In this document: positions 36,601-48,497 of the stretch, one piece after another
How positions within the stretch are numbered: the first letter of the stretch is position 1
Layout of the letters: each line of letters begins with the position of its first letter
The notes under the pieces: generated by a model
Databases searched by the model: none
The model's input: the letters and a program-made list of their open reading frames with translations, nothing else
What the model was told of the DNA's origin: nothing
DNA from: Phoronis australis
Taxonomy: Eukaryota; Animalia; Phoronida
Length of the DNA stretch: 64,000 nucleotides
Assembly: GCA_002633005.1 (NCBI GenBank)
Contig: NMRA01000514.1
Span: 1 to 64,000, forward strand
Direction: 5' to 3'
Position numbers and translations under genes: made by a program

Positions 36601-38944
36601 AATAAAAACGTGCTTTCCGTGAATCGGAAATGATAGATTTTTTGTATCTCCTTGTTAGTTTTCTACATGATAGTGTGCAAATATTTTACAGAATCTCAAC
36701 AGTAGTTTATGCGTAGTCCCGTATTCAACGAAAAGATCAAAGTAAGGAAAAATATCACGAGAAATTTAACTAACTTAAACAGTTCGCCGCAGGCTTCACT
36801 TTATACTGACGTCAATGTGAAGACCACGCAGTCTAAGTCACGAAATGCATGGATGAACGAATAAAAAACTAAAAAAACGGGGGTACAGATCTTAGCTATG
36901 GTTGCCCATTGCAAACTGCGGCCGATCCGAGAGGGTACTGTGTGGGGGTGGTAGGGGCACACTATTGTGCCCCCAGCGTCCATTACGTGTTCGGGTGTAC
37001 AGATTAAAACCGGTAGTTCAATTATAAAACACCAATCCTTTCTCCAGTATCGAATTATGCATTGAGAAAACTAAGCTAACGCCAGATACCCTCCTAGCCC
37101 TGCATTAGGGAACCCTCCTTGTAAAACGTGGTGACCATGGGAAGTCGAACATTCTGGAGCCCGCGGGAAAGTTCGAATAATTTAGGCGACGGCGAGGGCT
37201 AAACATTGTGGTGATCGGAGACGGCTCAAATAACCAGGGTGTCAGACTTTTTATTGTTTTAAGTAAGAACTCCGAGAAACATCAATCCAGTGGTGTCTAA
37301 AGCTCTGGTAACTTCTGTGGCGCATGTTTCGAATCTAATAGTTATTAAATCTTTTGGCCATTCAATACACTGTAAAACACCAAAACCAATCCACGAAGTT
37401 GTAAAATTGTCCTTGAATCGATTTTTTAAAAATCAAATTATTGGGATGTGGCCAGCTTTTACCTTTGGGAAATTATTAGTTATTATAAAAATAGTTATCA
37501 CCGTCATCATTACTCCGTTACAATTGGTTTTGTATGGTGTTGGCCGCGTTGATGTTGTCAAATTCTACTTGCTTGCAGTATTTATTTGTTTGTCTTTTCT
37601 AAATTGCAGACCAAGTAAACTGTTACTCCGGATCGCAGTACAGCTCACGTTAATATCACGTGAATGTTTTATTTTACGAGAACTTGAATAGTGAAGAAAT
37701 CGATACAGACGCTTCCCATTTCGTGAACACATCAGATCAAAGGGAAATAACCCAAGAGAATTGTTATGCAAGAATTTAGCGATCTTCAGAAGAAATGCTT
37801 TTTAGTTGGAACCCTGACCGAATGTGTGTAAGGCAAGCTGCCGTCTATCCAACATAATTCTCAGTCTTTGGTCAGTCAATTCAAAAACCTGATACGTAAC
37901 AATAATGAATTTTTAAGAAATTAATTTTAATTAGAAATGTTATACCAAACATGACAGCTTTCAACTGCCAACCATCGTGAGTGTTTAGTATCTAACACAT
38001 CAGTCTATGTCATCAAAATCTACGACAAAGTAAATTCATACAGGGTGTCTCAAAATTACGACGAAATTGAAATCAGAATACCTCGAAATATGAGATCTAA
38101 ACTCTGTTTGCTTCACTTGGCTTATAGCCCAGACTCTGTCGCCGTTTAGGTGTACCCACACAAAGAAATACGAGTCAAGCCTGGCGAGCGATAGAGGGCG
38201 CAGAACGTGTTCACGATTGTGAAACGGCCTCCAAGACGACTGAGTTATCCAGATGTAACTGGAGCTAGTGGAATCGGTCGCCGGTGTACCGGAGCTGCCC
38301 GGGTTGCCATGCTGGTTGTCAGTGGCCGGGGTGTCGAGTAGTACGACGCATTGCCAGGTGAAGGCTGCTTTAGTTTGCGTTGTGCCGCGTGTGTGTATAC
38401 ATGCAAAACGACTATTACCTATTTGACGAAATTAATCGGGCTTTCCCGAAATAAATTACAATCCTCTTGATCAATGGTAACTCACGAATTGTTTAGATTG
38501 GTTTTTAAATTGGATTATCTAACGGAAAAGTCATGACAAATCCTTTTCGCCGTGAGCATCTAGTAGGTGACTGGGGCTCAAACAAATTGAGCGGAACCTT
38601 AGTAAAATGGTCCGACGATAATGGGTCCACTAGTTTAACTTCCTTTACTAACATGCAAAACATATCCACCTTGAGGAAAAATGACAAAAATCCAATATCA
38701 GTACAAGGGGAACCCAGGAAATACAAAACGTGGTCATATTTCCATCTCTTTAGCAGACAGTATTCAATTCTCGCTGCATAATCTCCAAAACTTGAACCCT
38801 CGTTCTTTTAATGGATTTCCATAAAATCAATGCCTTTGGATACTGAGGCACAAAAATAAAAGTCACAACTTATATTTATACGAAATTTTATTAATACCAA
38901 CTAAAGGAAACAGACTAAGCACTTCACCAAACACACACTAAAAG

Positions 38945-39090
38945 GATATCACTGAATGATAACTGATGCTGATACAACTGGTATATTGCCGATATCACTG
39001 ATTGTGATATTACTGATGCTGATATCCCTGATTGTGATATTACAGGCGCTGATATCACTGATTATGATATTACAGGCGCTGATATCAATG
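38945..39090. repeat. Degenerate 30-bp (15-bp sub-unit) tandem repeat
   Basis: GATATCACTGATTGTGATATTACAGGCGCT-like units. Confidence 0.8.
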
Positions 39091-39189
39091 AAAAAAACTT
39101 TCCATACTAGTTTTAAATAGTCAAGTCCTTTTTAACACTGAAGCAGCTTTTAACAAATGAGACAATAGTTGGATATAAGTGCCAATATC

Positions 39190-39238
39190 TTGAGAACCAG
39201 TTTGATGCCTGTTATTCAGTGGAGAAAACTGGTTCTCA
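39190..39238. repeat. Small hairpin-type dispersed repeat (second copy at about 47050-47100)
   Basis: TGAGAACCAGTTT...AAACTGGTTCTCA inverted arms around a similar spacer in both copies. Confidence 0.65.
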
Positions 39239-40421
39239 TAATTTGGGCACACTACATCCGACCATTACACTTAATGTGGTACATTATGCTGAAGGTAGAC
39301 TGACAATAATGATCAGCTTGTTAGCTTGAATAGTTTCAAATATCAAAATTGTTCTAATTCTTTCACTGCCAAGTTTTTAACACAACATTTCTTAATGCCA
39401 GATACATTTTGAAGATACCTGATATAGGCTGCAATCACTAAAACCCTTTGAAATCGTTATTTGAAGTGGATTGTTGTGAAACTTTCAAGGTAAGATGCAC
39501 ATTGTTATGACATTGTACATCGACATAAAAATTCGGCAGTTAGAGTATTCAAGATTTATGGTGAAAAAACATTATCATCAGTTAGTGAAGGTGTTTTGAT
39601 TTGAAATTCATACCCCGCCAGTCCAGGCACACATCTCAAACTGTGATCCTGGTTGAATCAGTATCACGTTGAATTTCGGTCAGTTAAACCTTGATGATGG
39701 ACAGCAAAGAGGCCATTGTATCAAATGTAACTTATAGGTAAGTCATGAAACGAAATTTCTTAAAAACATGGAAAAATAAAAAAATTGACTTTCCATAGGA
39801 ATTTGGAAAAATTTGTCCTATTGTTTGTCAATGTCATTAAATGGTGGTTATCTCCCATGTAAATAAGGATTAACTAGGCTAAGAAAAAGACATTACCTAA
39901 TATTTGCCAATAGCCACATTTGTCAGATTCGGATATTCGACTAAGTCTGTGACTCTAACACACCGATTATGAAGCCACTTGTCGAGATTCCAAAACAATG
40001 GCAAAAAATCATCGAGGAGTTCCAAAAAATAACCCGCAACAATTTCACAGAAAAAAAAAACAATGCACAAGTTAGGTGACACAAATGAAAAGTTTGCTAT
40101 AGGTGGACACGGGAAAAAAGCCATAAATAATTGTGACGTCAACTTCCAGATTCGGGAATGCTTCACATGTGTCTGCATATTTACAAAAATGGTACCTACT
40201 AAAATAATGGGTCACTAAACTTTGGCTATTCCTTGAAAAATCCCAAGGTCAAACGTTCTACTGCGGATTCAACAACGTTCTGTAGAAGAAATCAAAACCA
40301 CTTATCGCTACGAAATAAGTCTCACCTTGTTCTTTACTTAAACGAGAAGTGACTATTGTCCTGCGATGGACCGATGGTTCATATTCCTTGAGATCATGCT
40401 CAGCAAATAAAATGATACACA

Positions 40422-40580
40422 ATGACATGTCAACTTGTAAAGCTACATCATGACAAGTCAACTTGTAAAGCGACACCATGACAAGTCAACTTGTAAAGCG
40501 ACACCATGACAAGTCAACTTGTAAAGCGACACCATGACAAGTCAACTTGTAAAGCGACACCATGACAAGTCAACCTGTAG
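40422..40580. repeat. 28-bp minisatellite ATGACAAGTCAACTTGTAAAGCGACACC, about 5.5 copies
   Basis: Direct reading. Confidence 0.92.
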
Positions 40581-40967
40581 AGCCAAGTCTCCAGCAAAAA
40601 CAGAGTTTAAGTTCATACTAAGTCCACAAATCACATTCATTTTGACAAGTGAACAATTTGCGACAAATTTCACAACAGAAAGTGGTCCAAATCAAACATT
40701 GGCTGTTTGTAACGGAAGGCGATTTATAGACGACCAGTGCACAATTATGACAATGATCCACTTTTGACCCTCCCTATCTTTGCTTGACTGCAGCAATCAG
40801 TGCATCAAAGACAAATGTGGGTGTAAATATCCTTATTAAGAAATAAAGCTGCTCATTTGAGTGACAAAGTACACATCAGGACACAACAGTCCTTATATGG
40901 GCGTCACAATCCCTATACGGGCGTCACATAACTTTTATGGGTGTCACAGTCCTTATACGAGCAGCAC

Positions 40968-43900
40968 TCACGCCCTAGCTGCAGCCTTCACCTGAGCCTG
41001 CTGTAGCTGGTGTTGAACCTTGGCCAAGCTTTCCCGTAGTGTTTCCTGCTTCTTTTCCAGCTCCTTGATATTGTTGTCATGACGTTTACTGCAAAGTAAG
41101 ATTGTAAGCCAGATCATTACCACCAAGCTAAGTGAAAGAGTAATCCAGTGTCATATGGGACCCAGAACTATGAATGCCTCTACGCTGCCAAGCAGCTTTT
41201 GGCTTGCAGTTTGCACAGATAAAAACCAGGATCATTCTTCCTTAGCGACATCTGTTGTTAAAATATAAAGTCTTCCCTTAGCGTGGTCACTTATTGTAAA
41301 GATTCAAAAACTTGCGTATTAATACGCAACACTGGTTACACTCACATTTCTCCCGTGATGTAGTCAATTCGCTTCTGTACAGTCTGTTGTGCCTCTATCA
41401 AGTCTTGCTTCACCAGTACTGGGCCCATCATTTTGTAAACACTCGCATCTCCCTCCAGCAAGTCAAGCTCCTGGGAAAAACAATTATGAGCGTTTACAAG
41501 TCATAGTTATAGGCGCGCATATTGTGACAGCACTCATATCGGTGAATCTGGCAGAAAACTGAGGACTTGCCTATCAGCACATAAGAAAGATATGCAGTCA
41601 AAGAAACATCGTCACCACACTCGCAATCAGAAAGCGCATCTCAGGCCATTTATCACAATTGATCACATGATGCAGTTCAATCAAGTAATTGACTGGCACA
41701 ATTGTAAAATCTGTCACACTATTGTAAAATCTGTCACACTATTGTAAAATCTGTCACACAATTGCAACAAAAGTACAAGTTGCATTTGGGAAGCTTATCA
41801 CATTAGAAATCAAGGTGCCTCCTGCATGAATAGAGTCGTTGGTCAGCATGACTAGCCAGATATCAACGGCATTGAGTATTACAAGCAGATCAGACAACCA
41901 ACAGATGTCCCATACTCATAGCCTGATGTCACAAGTCCAACTCACTCACAACATCATTAGTTTGACAAAGGCTGTAGAACCCAAAACTGAAAACGTTAAC
42001 TGTTAAGTAGTAGTTCATTGCCTGTGTATGAAGAACTTATCAATATTAACAATTATCACAGTTAACAAAACATCGTCGTCATGAGGTTAACAGACTGCAA
42101 TGTCAAAAAATGGAAAAATTTGAGAACAAAATCAGAAATCAAAACTCGCAGCTTGAACAATGCTGCAAATCTAGCCAAGTTTGGACAAAATAATTGACAA
42201 ATTGGACATTTTCATTTTTTCAGATTTCTTATGTTGTTGTGAATGTCCACAATTTTTCAGAAATATTACCTTAAGATAGCAATGCTAGGTTATTGTTTAC
42301 AATCCGACTCCATTAACGTACATACTTGATAATACTATTTTCTGAATCCTCTAGTCAAGGTGATTCCAAAAATGTATTACTTGTGCTGATTGGTCGATTA
42401 TTAATCACAATTTCCAAGTTTTTCCAAAGCATTCATTTGCAACGCGGATTTAGTGAGGCAGCCATTTTTGAAAGTGCGCTACCTGTCGGCAGGATTGATA
42501 ACTAACGGCTAACCGCGAGATGTAAAGTGTTTTCGAGGACAACATTTGTCCGCGAGAACACACTGTCGTGTTTTTTCTAATGAAGTTTTGAAGAAGGAAT
42601 CCTTTATAAATGACTATTACTGTTTTTTACTCAGAGTTTCCCTAACATGCCACGCTGTATCTTCAATGTACTAGCCAATTTTGGGGTCTTTTTGACACAC
42701 GCGTGATCGTGGTAGTTATCAATCCTGCCGACAGGTGTTGCAGTTTTATAATGGCGGTCACTCGAGATCGGCTGCCGCAAATGAAGACCTCGTAAAAATG
42801 GTGAATGCATGAATAAAAAGAGCCTAATCGGTATGAGTAATACATTTTTGGAACCACCATGATCACCCTGACGAGAGGATTCAGAAAATATTAATGTCAA
42901 GTATGTACGTTAATGGAGTCGGATTGTAAACAATAACCCAATGCTATAAACCTTTAATATGGTATGTCATTTATTTACTTACCTTTTATAAAAAATGAAG
43001 GATAAATTTCACTTGTCAGTCATAATTAGTTCTTAACTGATGAAATTTACTGTACCCAACAAGTCAGGAGAACGATATGAAAAAATTGCATGGATCTTTC
43101 AACTTTGATCAAAAGTTAAGTATTGAAAACTTAAAGTCTTTAATCTCAGTGAGTGAAAGGACCAAACCTTTTTAACAAGCTTGTTCTCATTAAGTTGACT
43201 GTCTAGCTGCTGCCGTGTAGAGACAAACTTTTGATACTCTGGAAATAAAACGTAATGGTTAAGACACAGGCCTTGTCAATTATTGAATAAGCCAAAAAGT
43301 TTAAAAAAATGCTTTGAAGTACACTTTAAGACAAGTTACAATGAAAGCTGGCCAATGAAACGTTACAATTTACCAGATGTACAAGGTGAAACATCATTCT
43401 AAACCTGACAGTTGCATGCACTGTGATGCAAACACCTCGCAAGCAGCAACCACAGCTTCTCATTGGGGGAATCTTCACTCTACATGTGCTTCGACAATGT
43501 GGCATCTTTCAAGAAAGCCAAATGTGATTCAACAGAATTTCCATCACAGGCCCAAGATGCCAAAGGTAGCCAGCCAGCTAAATATGTAACCGAATATCCA
43601 AACACAGCTGTGAATAACCACAAAGTATTTCAACTGAGTCACCTGAGTTAGGTAAAGGCTAGCGCGACACTGAGCGAAGCGCGTGATGCTGGTGCGTGAC
43701 ACTTGCAAAATAGAGTGGGAAGGTATAGGGTGAAATTTGTAAGATTTGTGTCCCTTGGACTTTTTATTTACCAACATGCGTGATTTCATGTAACTTCCTC
43801 AAAGTGTTACCCGGTAAGAGAAACTCGAGCAAATCGCGACAGATTTTCATCGATTTGTTAAAATATCTTGACTGACTCATCTCCAGAGTTATGGTATGAG

Positions 43901-44569
43901 TTAATCATAACTCCATGTGCATATATGCATGTTTCATTTGATTTTATTTCCTGTACTTTGAAATTCGTAACTTTTTGTGGGGATGTATTATTGCCATGTA
44001 TGCCTGCGACATCCAGGGCGATGTACTTGCCTAGGTTGGTGGCAGTGTCCATCTCATCACTCAGCTGCCTGCCATTATACCAGCAGCTGATTAAAAATAC
44101 CAATGTCAGAAATTTGTAAAATATCGTTTTTAACCAAACTTCACCATTGACCAAATCAACTTTTCTGGGAATAGCAAACATTAATTTTCATTTTCGAATT
44201 TCGTGAAAGGAATTTGTCCAGTTCGGCTGTAAGACAGTGTTGTAGATGTGCTTCCGGTGTATTATATGAGCCTCTGTTAGCTACTCGCTAACGGGCAATT
44301 GCCTATTAGCTGAATGGTTAGCACGCTTGCCGGTTTTATGGGGGTCGCGGGTTCGATCCCCGAGTCGGGTGATCTCGGATATTACTACAACAGTACGGTG
44401 AAATTCTCTAGATACAGTGACACTCTTTGAAAGGGAGAAACTGCTTTTGCTGTTTACCCTTTAAATCTGGAAATAATACACTAATACCACACCAAGGTGT
44501 CGTACCTTTCTGTACAGATTTAAATTTCTCTAACTCTGTCTGCAATCGCTTCTGAATGCCCTCCGCCAT
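40968..44569 (-). CDS. PFDN6: Prefoldin subunit 6 (126 aa, 4 exons)
   Basis: Exons 44506-44569, 43168-43238, 41346-41470, 40968-41088. Translation MAEGIQKRLQTELEKFKSVQKEYQKFVSTRQQLDSQLNENKLVKKELDLLEGDASVYKMMGPVLVKQDLIEAQQTVQKRIDYITGEIKRHDNNIKELEKKQETLRESLAKVQHQLQQAQVKAAARA*, with the recognisable PFDN6 motif VYK..GPVLVKQ..RIDYI..EIKR. Confidence 0.95.
41520..42050 (+). mobile_element. Penelope-like element 3' relic (GIY-YIG endonuclease) in PFDN6 intron 2
   Basis: IGESGRKLRTCLSAHKKD...DHMMQFNQVIDW...WEAYHIR....MNR..G pattern, interrupted by a 20-bp tandem repeat. Confidence 0.65.
41701..41764. repeat. 20-bp tandem repeat ATTGTAAAATCTGTCACACT x3
   Basis: Direct reading. Confidence 0.9.
42288..42938. 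mobile_element. Non-autonomous DNA transposon, Merlin-like (GG termini, 8-bp TSD)
   Basis: Perfect TIR GGTTATTGTTTACAATCCGACTCCATTAACGTACATACTTGA and its reverse complement; TSD CAATGCTA at 42280-42287 and 42939-42946. Confidence 0.85.
44238..44389 (+). mobile_element. 152-bp solo LTR containing a tRNA-like Pol III promoter (Helenus-type TRIM candidate)
   Basis: TGT...ACA termini; TSD ACAG at 44234-44237 and 44390-44393; A box TAGCTGAATGG at 44307-44317; B box GGTTCGATCCC at 44350-44360. Confidence 0.65.
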
Positions 44570-44808
44570 TTTGACTCAATTTTTCTACCTCCTAAGATTG
44601 GAGATTACACACCGTATCCGCTAGGATCGCTGCTGTTGTCAAACTCCACTTTCTTCTTTTTTCGCAAGACGTCGCTTTGCACCAAAGCGACGTCTTGCGA
44701 GAAAATGGTCAAACCACAGTAGGGTAGGAACGTGAACATGTGGTGAAAAGTCGCCAGTGTGTCATTGAGGTTGGATATTAATGAAAAACATTCACAGATC
44801 ATCTCACC
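44570..44808. promoter_or_regulatory. Bidirectional promoter / 5'UTR region shared by PFDN6 and the C11orf98 homolog
   Basis: Divergent ATGs at 44569 (-) and 44809 (+); YY1-type CCGCCATTTT over the PFDN6 start; perfect 18-bp inverted repeat at 44662-44700. Confidence 0.75.
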
Positions 44809-47800
44809 ATGGGTATTCACAGCATCAGCAGCAACAGGAAAACAACAGTAAGGCGAAATCTGTGTTATTTTCCAAGTTAAAAGAGTGAACTTGAGCGATT
44901 AGTAGGCCTACTTTTTCGAAGGCATGTGTGCTAGTAAACTGGTAATAGTCGGATAACTTGGTCCCATTTCAAATTCTGTCAGGAATACTTAAAAAATAAA
45001 ATGAAGTGTCGCAATATGCAATTGCCCACTCTCATGGATCACGCGCGCCACTCCACTCACACTTTTTCGTGAAATCTACAACATTTGAGAAGATACGCGA
45101 CAAATTATATTCGCCTCCCGAGCGTTTTNCACAAAACAGGGGTTCAACAAACCATGAAGAATTGTTCTTTCTCCCAATACCATTCACGGTGTCCTGTTAC
45201 GGCGACTTCGTAAGACATTCGCAGTCAAAGAACAAAAATTTCACAAAAAGCCCCCCCCCCCACAGGTCAAGGACAGTACGGAATTACTCACCGGCAATTT
45301 CCGTACCGTCCTTGACCTCGACGGGCCCAGGGAGGACGTGTGCGCCTCGGATTCGCTTGAATCCTAAACCCCCTTTCACTGAAAATGTAGATCTGCCACT
45401 GAAGGATATACTGATCAAACATGTTTACTACAACTCCTCATGTTGCCGGTGTATTACATAACACTTAATTCTCTGAACTTTATTACTCCTACACATGCAC
45501 TCATCCTAAATCACTCAGATACTGATCACACTCTAACGTACACTATATGTAATATTACATGTAATATTACATGTAGTATTATGTAGAGTGTATTGGGGAC
45601 AATCAGAAGCTGAGGACGCCTGTGGATGTAGACAGTCGCCTTGACTGGCTGTAGCTAGAGGTACGGTGAAGCTCCTTAGACGCTTCATACGGAAGCTTTT
45701 CGGTGAATTATGCCTTACACTGATTTAATCATGGAAGTCACGTTAACTTGTTATAAGTACCTGGATTTGCGCATGTTATAGAGGGACACCTTAGGATATC
45801 TTTATTTCAATCCAACTTGATGAAATATTCCCGTAATCAAACTTTTCTGAGCAGTGTGTCGGTGCTTCGTTCAGTTGTCCAAATCGAAAACTGGCCATTT
45901 TTATCACTGCAGAGAGACTCCAGTACTAGACGCTCAAGTTCAACTTGTCCTCTTTGACCTATAGTGCACTAGCACTAGTGGTCTTGCTGATCCTGATTTC
46001 AGAGCAGTTACTCAGTGTCAGTCATCAGTGTCTCATGGTTCATTGTAGAATACACAGCGTAACCGAAACAAAATACGAAGAGCGAAACGTAGAGATGTGA
46101 AGAAACTGAAAGGAGTGACACAGGGTGACATACTTGACGCAGATATCATCACAGTACATCATCTAAAGAAAAGGAAGTGAGTGTAATTGCATTTGTTGCC
46201 ATGGACACCACTTATCATTGTGGGCAATGTGACCCGTCGATGTAAATGATCTAGTCTAAATAAAATATTGTTTTTATGAGCCACTTTATAAAACATCAGT
46301 ATTAACTGCTAAAATGCATGGCACAAACTAATTGAAGTTTCTTTAACAAATAATCCGGATGTTTTGGTATAAAATGGACACGCATGGAATTCATTCCAAT
46401 TCCAAAGACAAGAAAGAGATTGTGGGTAATTAGTTTTGACTTTAATGTTTGAATTCAATACTTCGATTACAATAACTGATGCTAAAACTGTACTGCATGG
46501 TCAGTGATATCAGTCATATCTAGGCACATGTGAGTTTCTCATGCAATAAGAATTTCCTCACTTTAATCAATGATCCATTGTAGGACATTATTGGGTCTTT
46601 AGTTATGAAATGTTACCCACAGATTCAAACACAGAACTCTGAGTGCACTTACCACTCTAGTGTATGTCCTCATTTCTTGGCTCCATTGAGGAAACACCAA
46701 CGGATCTTTTTGCACAAGCAAAACGTTATCTTGTCTAGGTTAGATGTGTGTGACCCAAGTCTTGAAAGGTACTTAGTTTTTGATTTTAAAGTTGATATTA
46801 TTGTACTCACCTAATTAAAATACTTGTCTGAAGATTGGTTTATTGCTCTTTTACTTTACGACTAAATGCTCCAAACTTTAATTGTAGGTCAGACCCAAAG
46901 TGCAATATCACACTGTCAAAGAAGAAAAGGAGAAAAATCATGAAGCAGATTGAATACGCCAAAAAAGACAAGGCAAAAATGGATGGTAAACACAGAGTGG
47001 CTAAAAACTTTACGTGGCAATAGTCGCTTACATTGGTCACTAGCGAATTTTGAGAACCAGTTTTGATTCCTTTTATTCAGTGTAGGAAACTGGTTCTCAA
47101 AATGCAGGACCCCTGTACTGACTATTATCTAGCTAAGCCATTTTAGTTCAAGGGTGGCTTTATTTAAAGTAGGTGATGAGATACCTGAAGTGAAAAGCTG
47201 CCGAACTCAGCAAATGTCCATCTACCCGATGGGATTTTCGGATTGTCTTGAGTATTCGGTGACACCCCGATGTCCAATTTCCTCCTCACAGGCCCAATAT
47301 TCCCTGTAGAGGGTCACCTCTTGAGGTACACAACCACAATCAGCACAAGCTACCTCTCCTTCACTTGTAAACGAACTCATTCCAGTTATTTCGAAATGAT
47401 TCCGACTTCCGTAAGTTCACTTTGTATAGTATTTCGAGTGTGTGCTTGGATGTGTGTGTAGGGACTTCGTCGTGTCGACCTGGAATTTTTACCAAGGCGC
47501 CAAACAAAGTCATGGCTCAACAAGTCATGAGCTAACTGTAGCAGCAGTTTTCCATGCACGTTTGCTTTATTTGCTGTATATAGTTGTGCATAGCTCCCCG
47601 TAACGTTTCTTGATATTCTGGTGAATATGGTGCTATGCGCAGTACTAGTTGTGCAGTCTGAACAGTTTCACATCTTTGTATTCGTATTGTTTTTGACCAC
47701 CTGTTGCATCTTATCTTTTCTGTATACTTTCAACATTTTCACATCCAGGACACTCAATCCCTCAATTTTGGGGCCAAGTATCAGCCCCATTCTCTTCTGA

Positions 47801-48497
47801 ATTATAATGGAAAAATCACACGCCGTTCCCCTCATGAGGCCCAAACATTTCCCTCGAGTGATCGAAAAATTACCCTCAAGGCTCAAATCAGTTTTAGCGC
47901 TTGCAGGTGAATGAGCACAAAAAGTTAGTTTTGGATACTTAGGCTTCCTACAGGGGTGTGGGTGCTATCGATGGTGATGGGGGGGGGGGGGNNNGGATTT
48001 TCTTCTCACCCTTAAAAAATCCCTTTCAGAAGGCACAGGTACCTTTCCCCTATTTTCCCTTGGGTGATCAAAGGCCCCGACATCTCACCTACGCTTTATG
48101 TTCGGAAGCATTCCTTGGCTTTGAAAAAGTGTGGGGATGGTGTCCCCTGTGTCCCTTCTCGGCTATGACCCTGCTTGTGTAGTGCAGCTCATCCTCGTGT
48201 GTTTTTAATTGGTATTTTGGACTTCCTCTCCCCTTCTCTATTGTGTTTTGAATATTTTGGATTTCCTTGTGCATTCGACATGTTCCAACTTATTGCAAAA
48301 CAATCTGTCTCTAGTTGTATCAGATGCTTTGTTATTGATCTTTTAGACTTAGTTTAGTCGTGTCATACTGATCCCCTTGGGTTTTCTAGCCGCTCTTTGT
48401 TTGTGTTTCAGTGGACTTGCAGGCGGCAGTGCCGACATCCAGCAAGACGAAGAAGTCAGGCACAGTATCTGTAGAAGATGTGGAGATGAAGGAATAG
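44809..48497 (+). CDS. C11orf98: C11orf98-like small basic protein (116 aa, 4 coding exons)
   Basis: Exons 44809-44847, 46049-46176, 46888-46985, 48412-48497. Translation MGIHSISSNRKTT-NTQRNRNKIRRAKRRDVKKLKGVTQGDILDADIITVHHLKKRK-SDPKCNITLSKKKRRKIMKQIEYAKKDKAKMDV-DLQAAVPTSSKTKKSGTVSVEDVEMKE*. Motifs IT.HHLKKR, NITLS.KKRRK and DVEMK match recalled C11orf98. Confidence 0.9.

Noticed and set aside
44301-44372. Possible tRNA gene
   Set aside because: A and B boxes are present, but acceptor and anticodon stems do not pair cleanly, and it sits inside a TG...CA unit with a TSD; treated as a mobile element.
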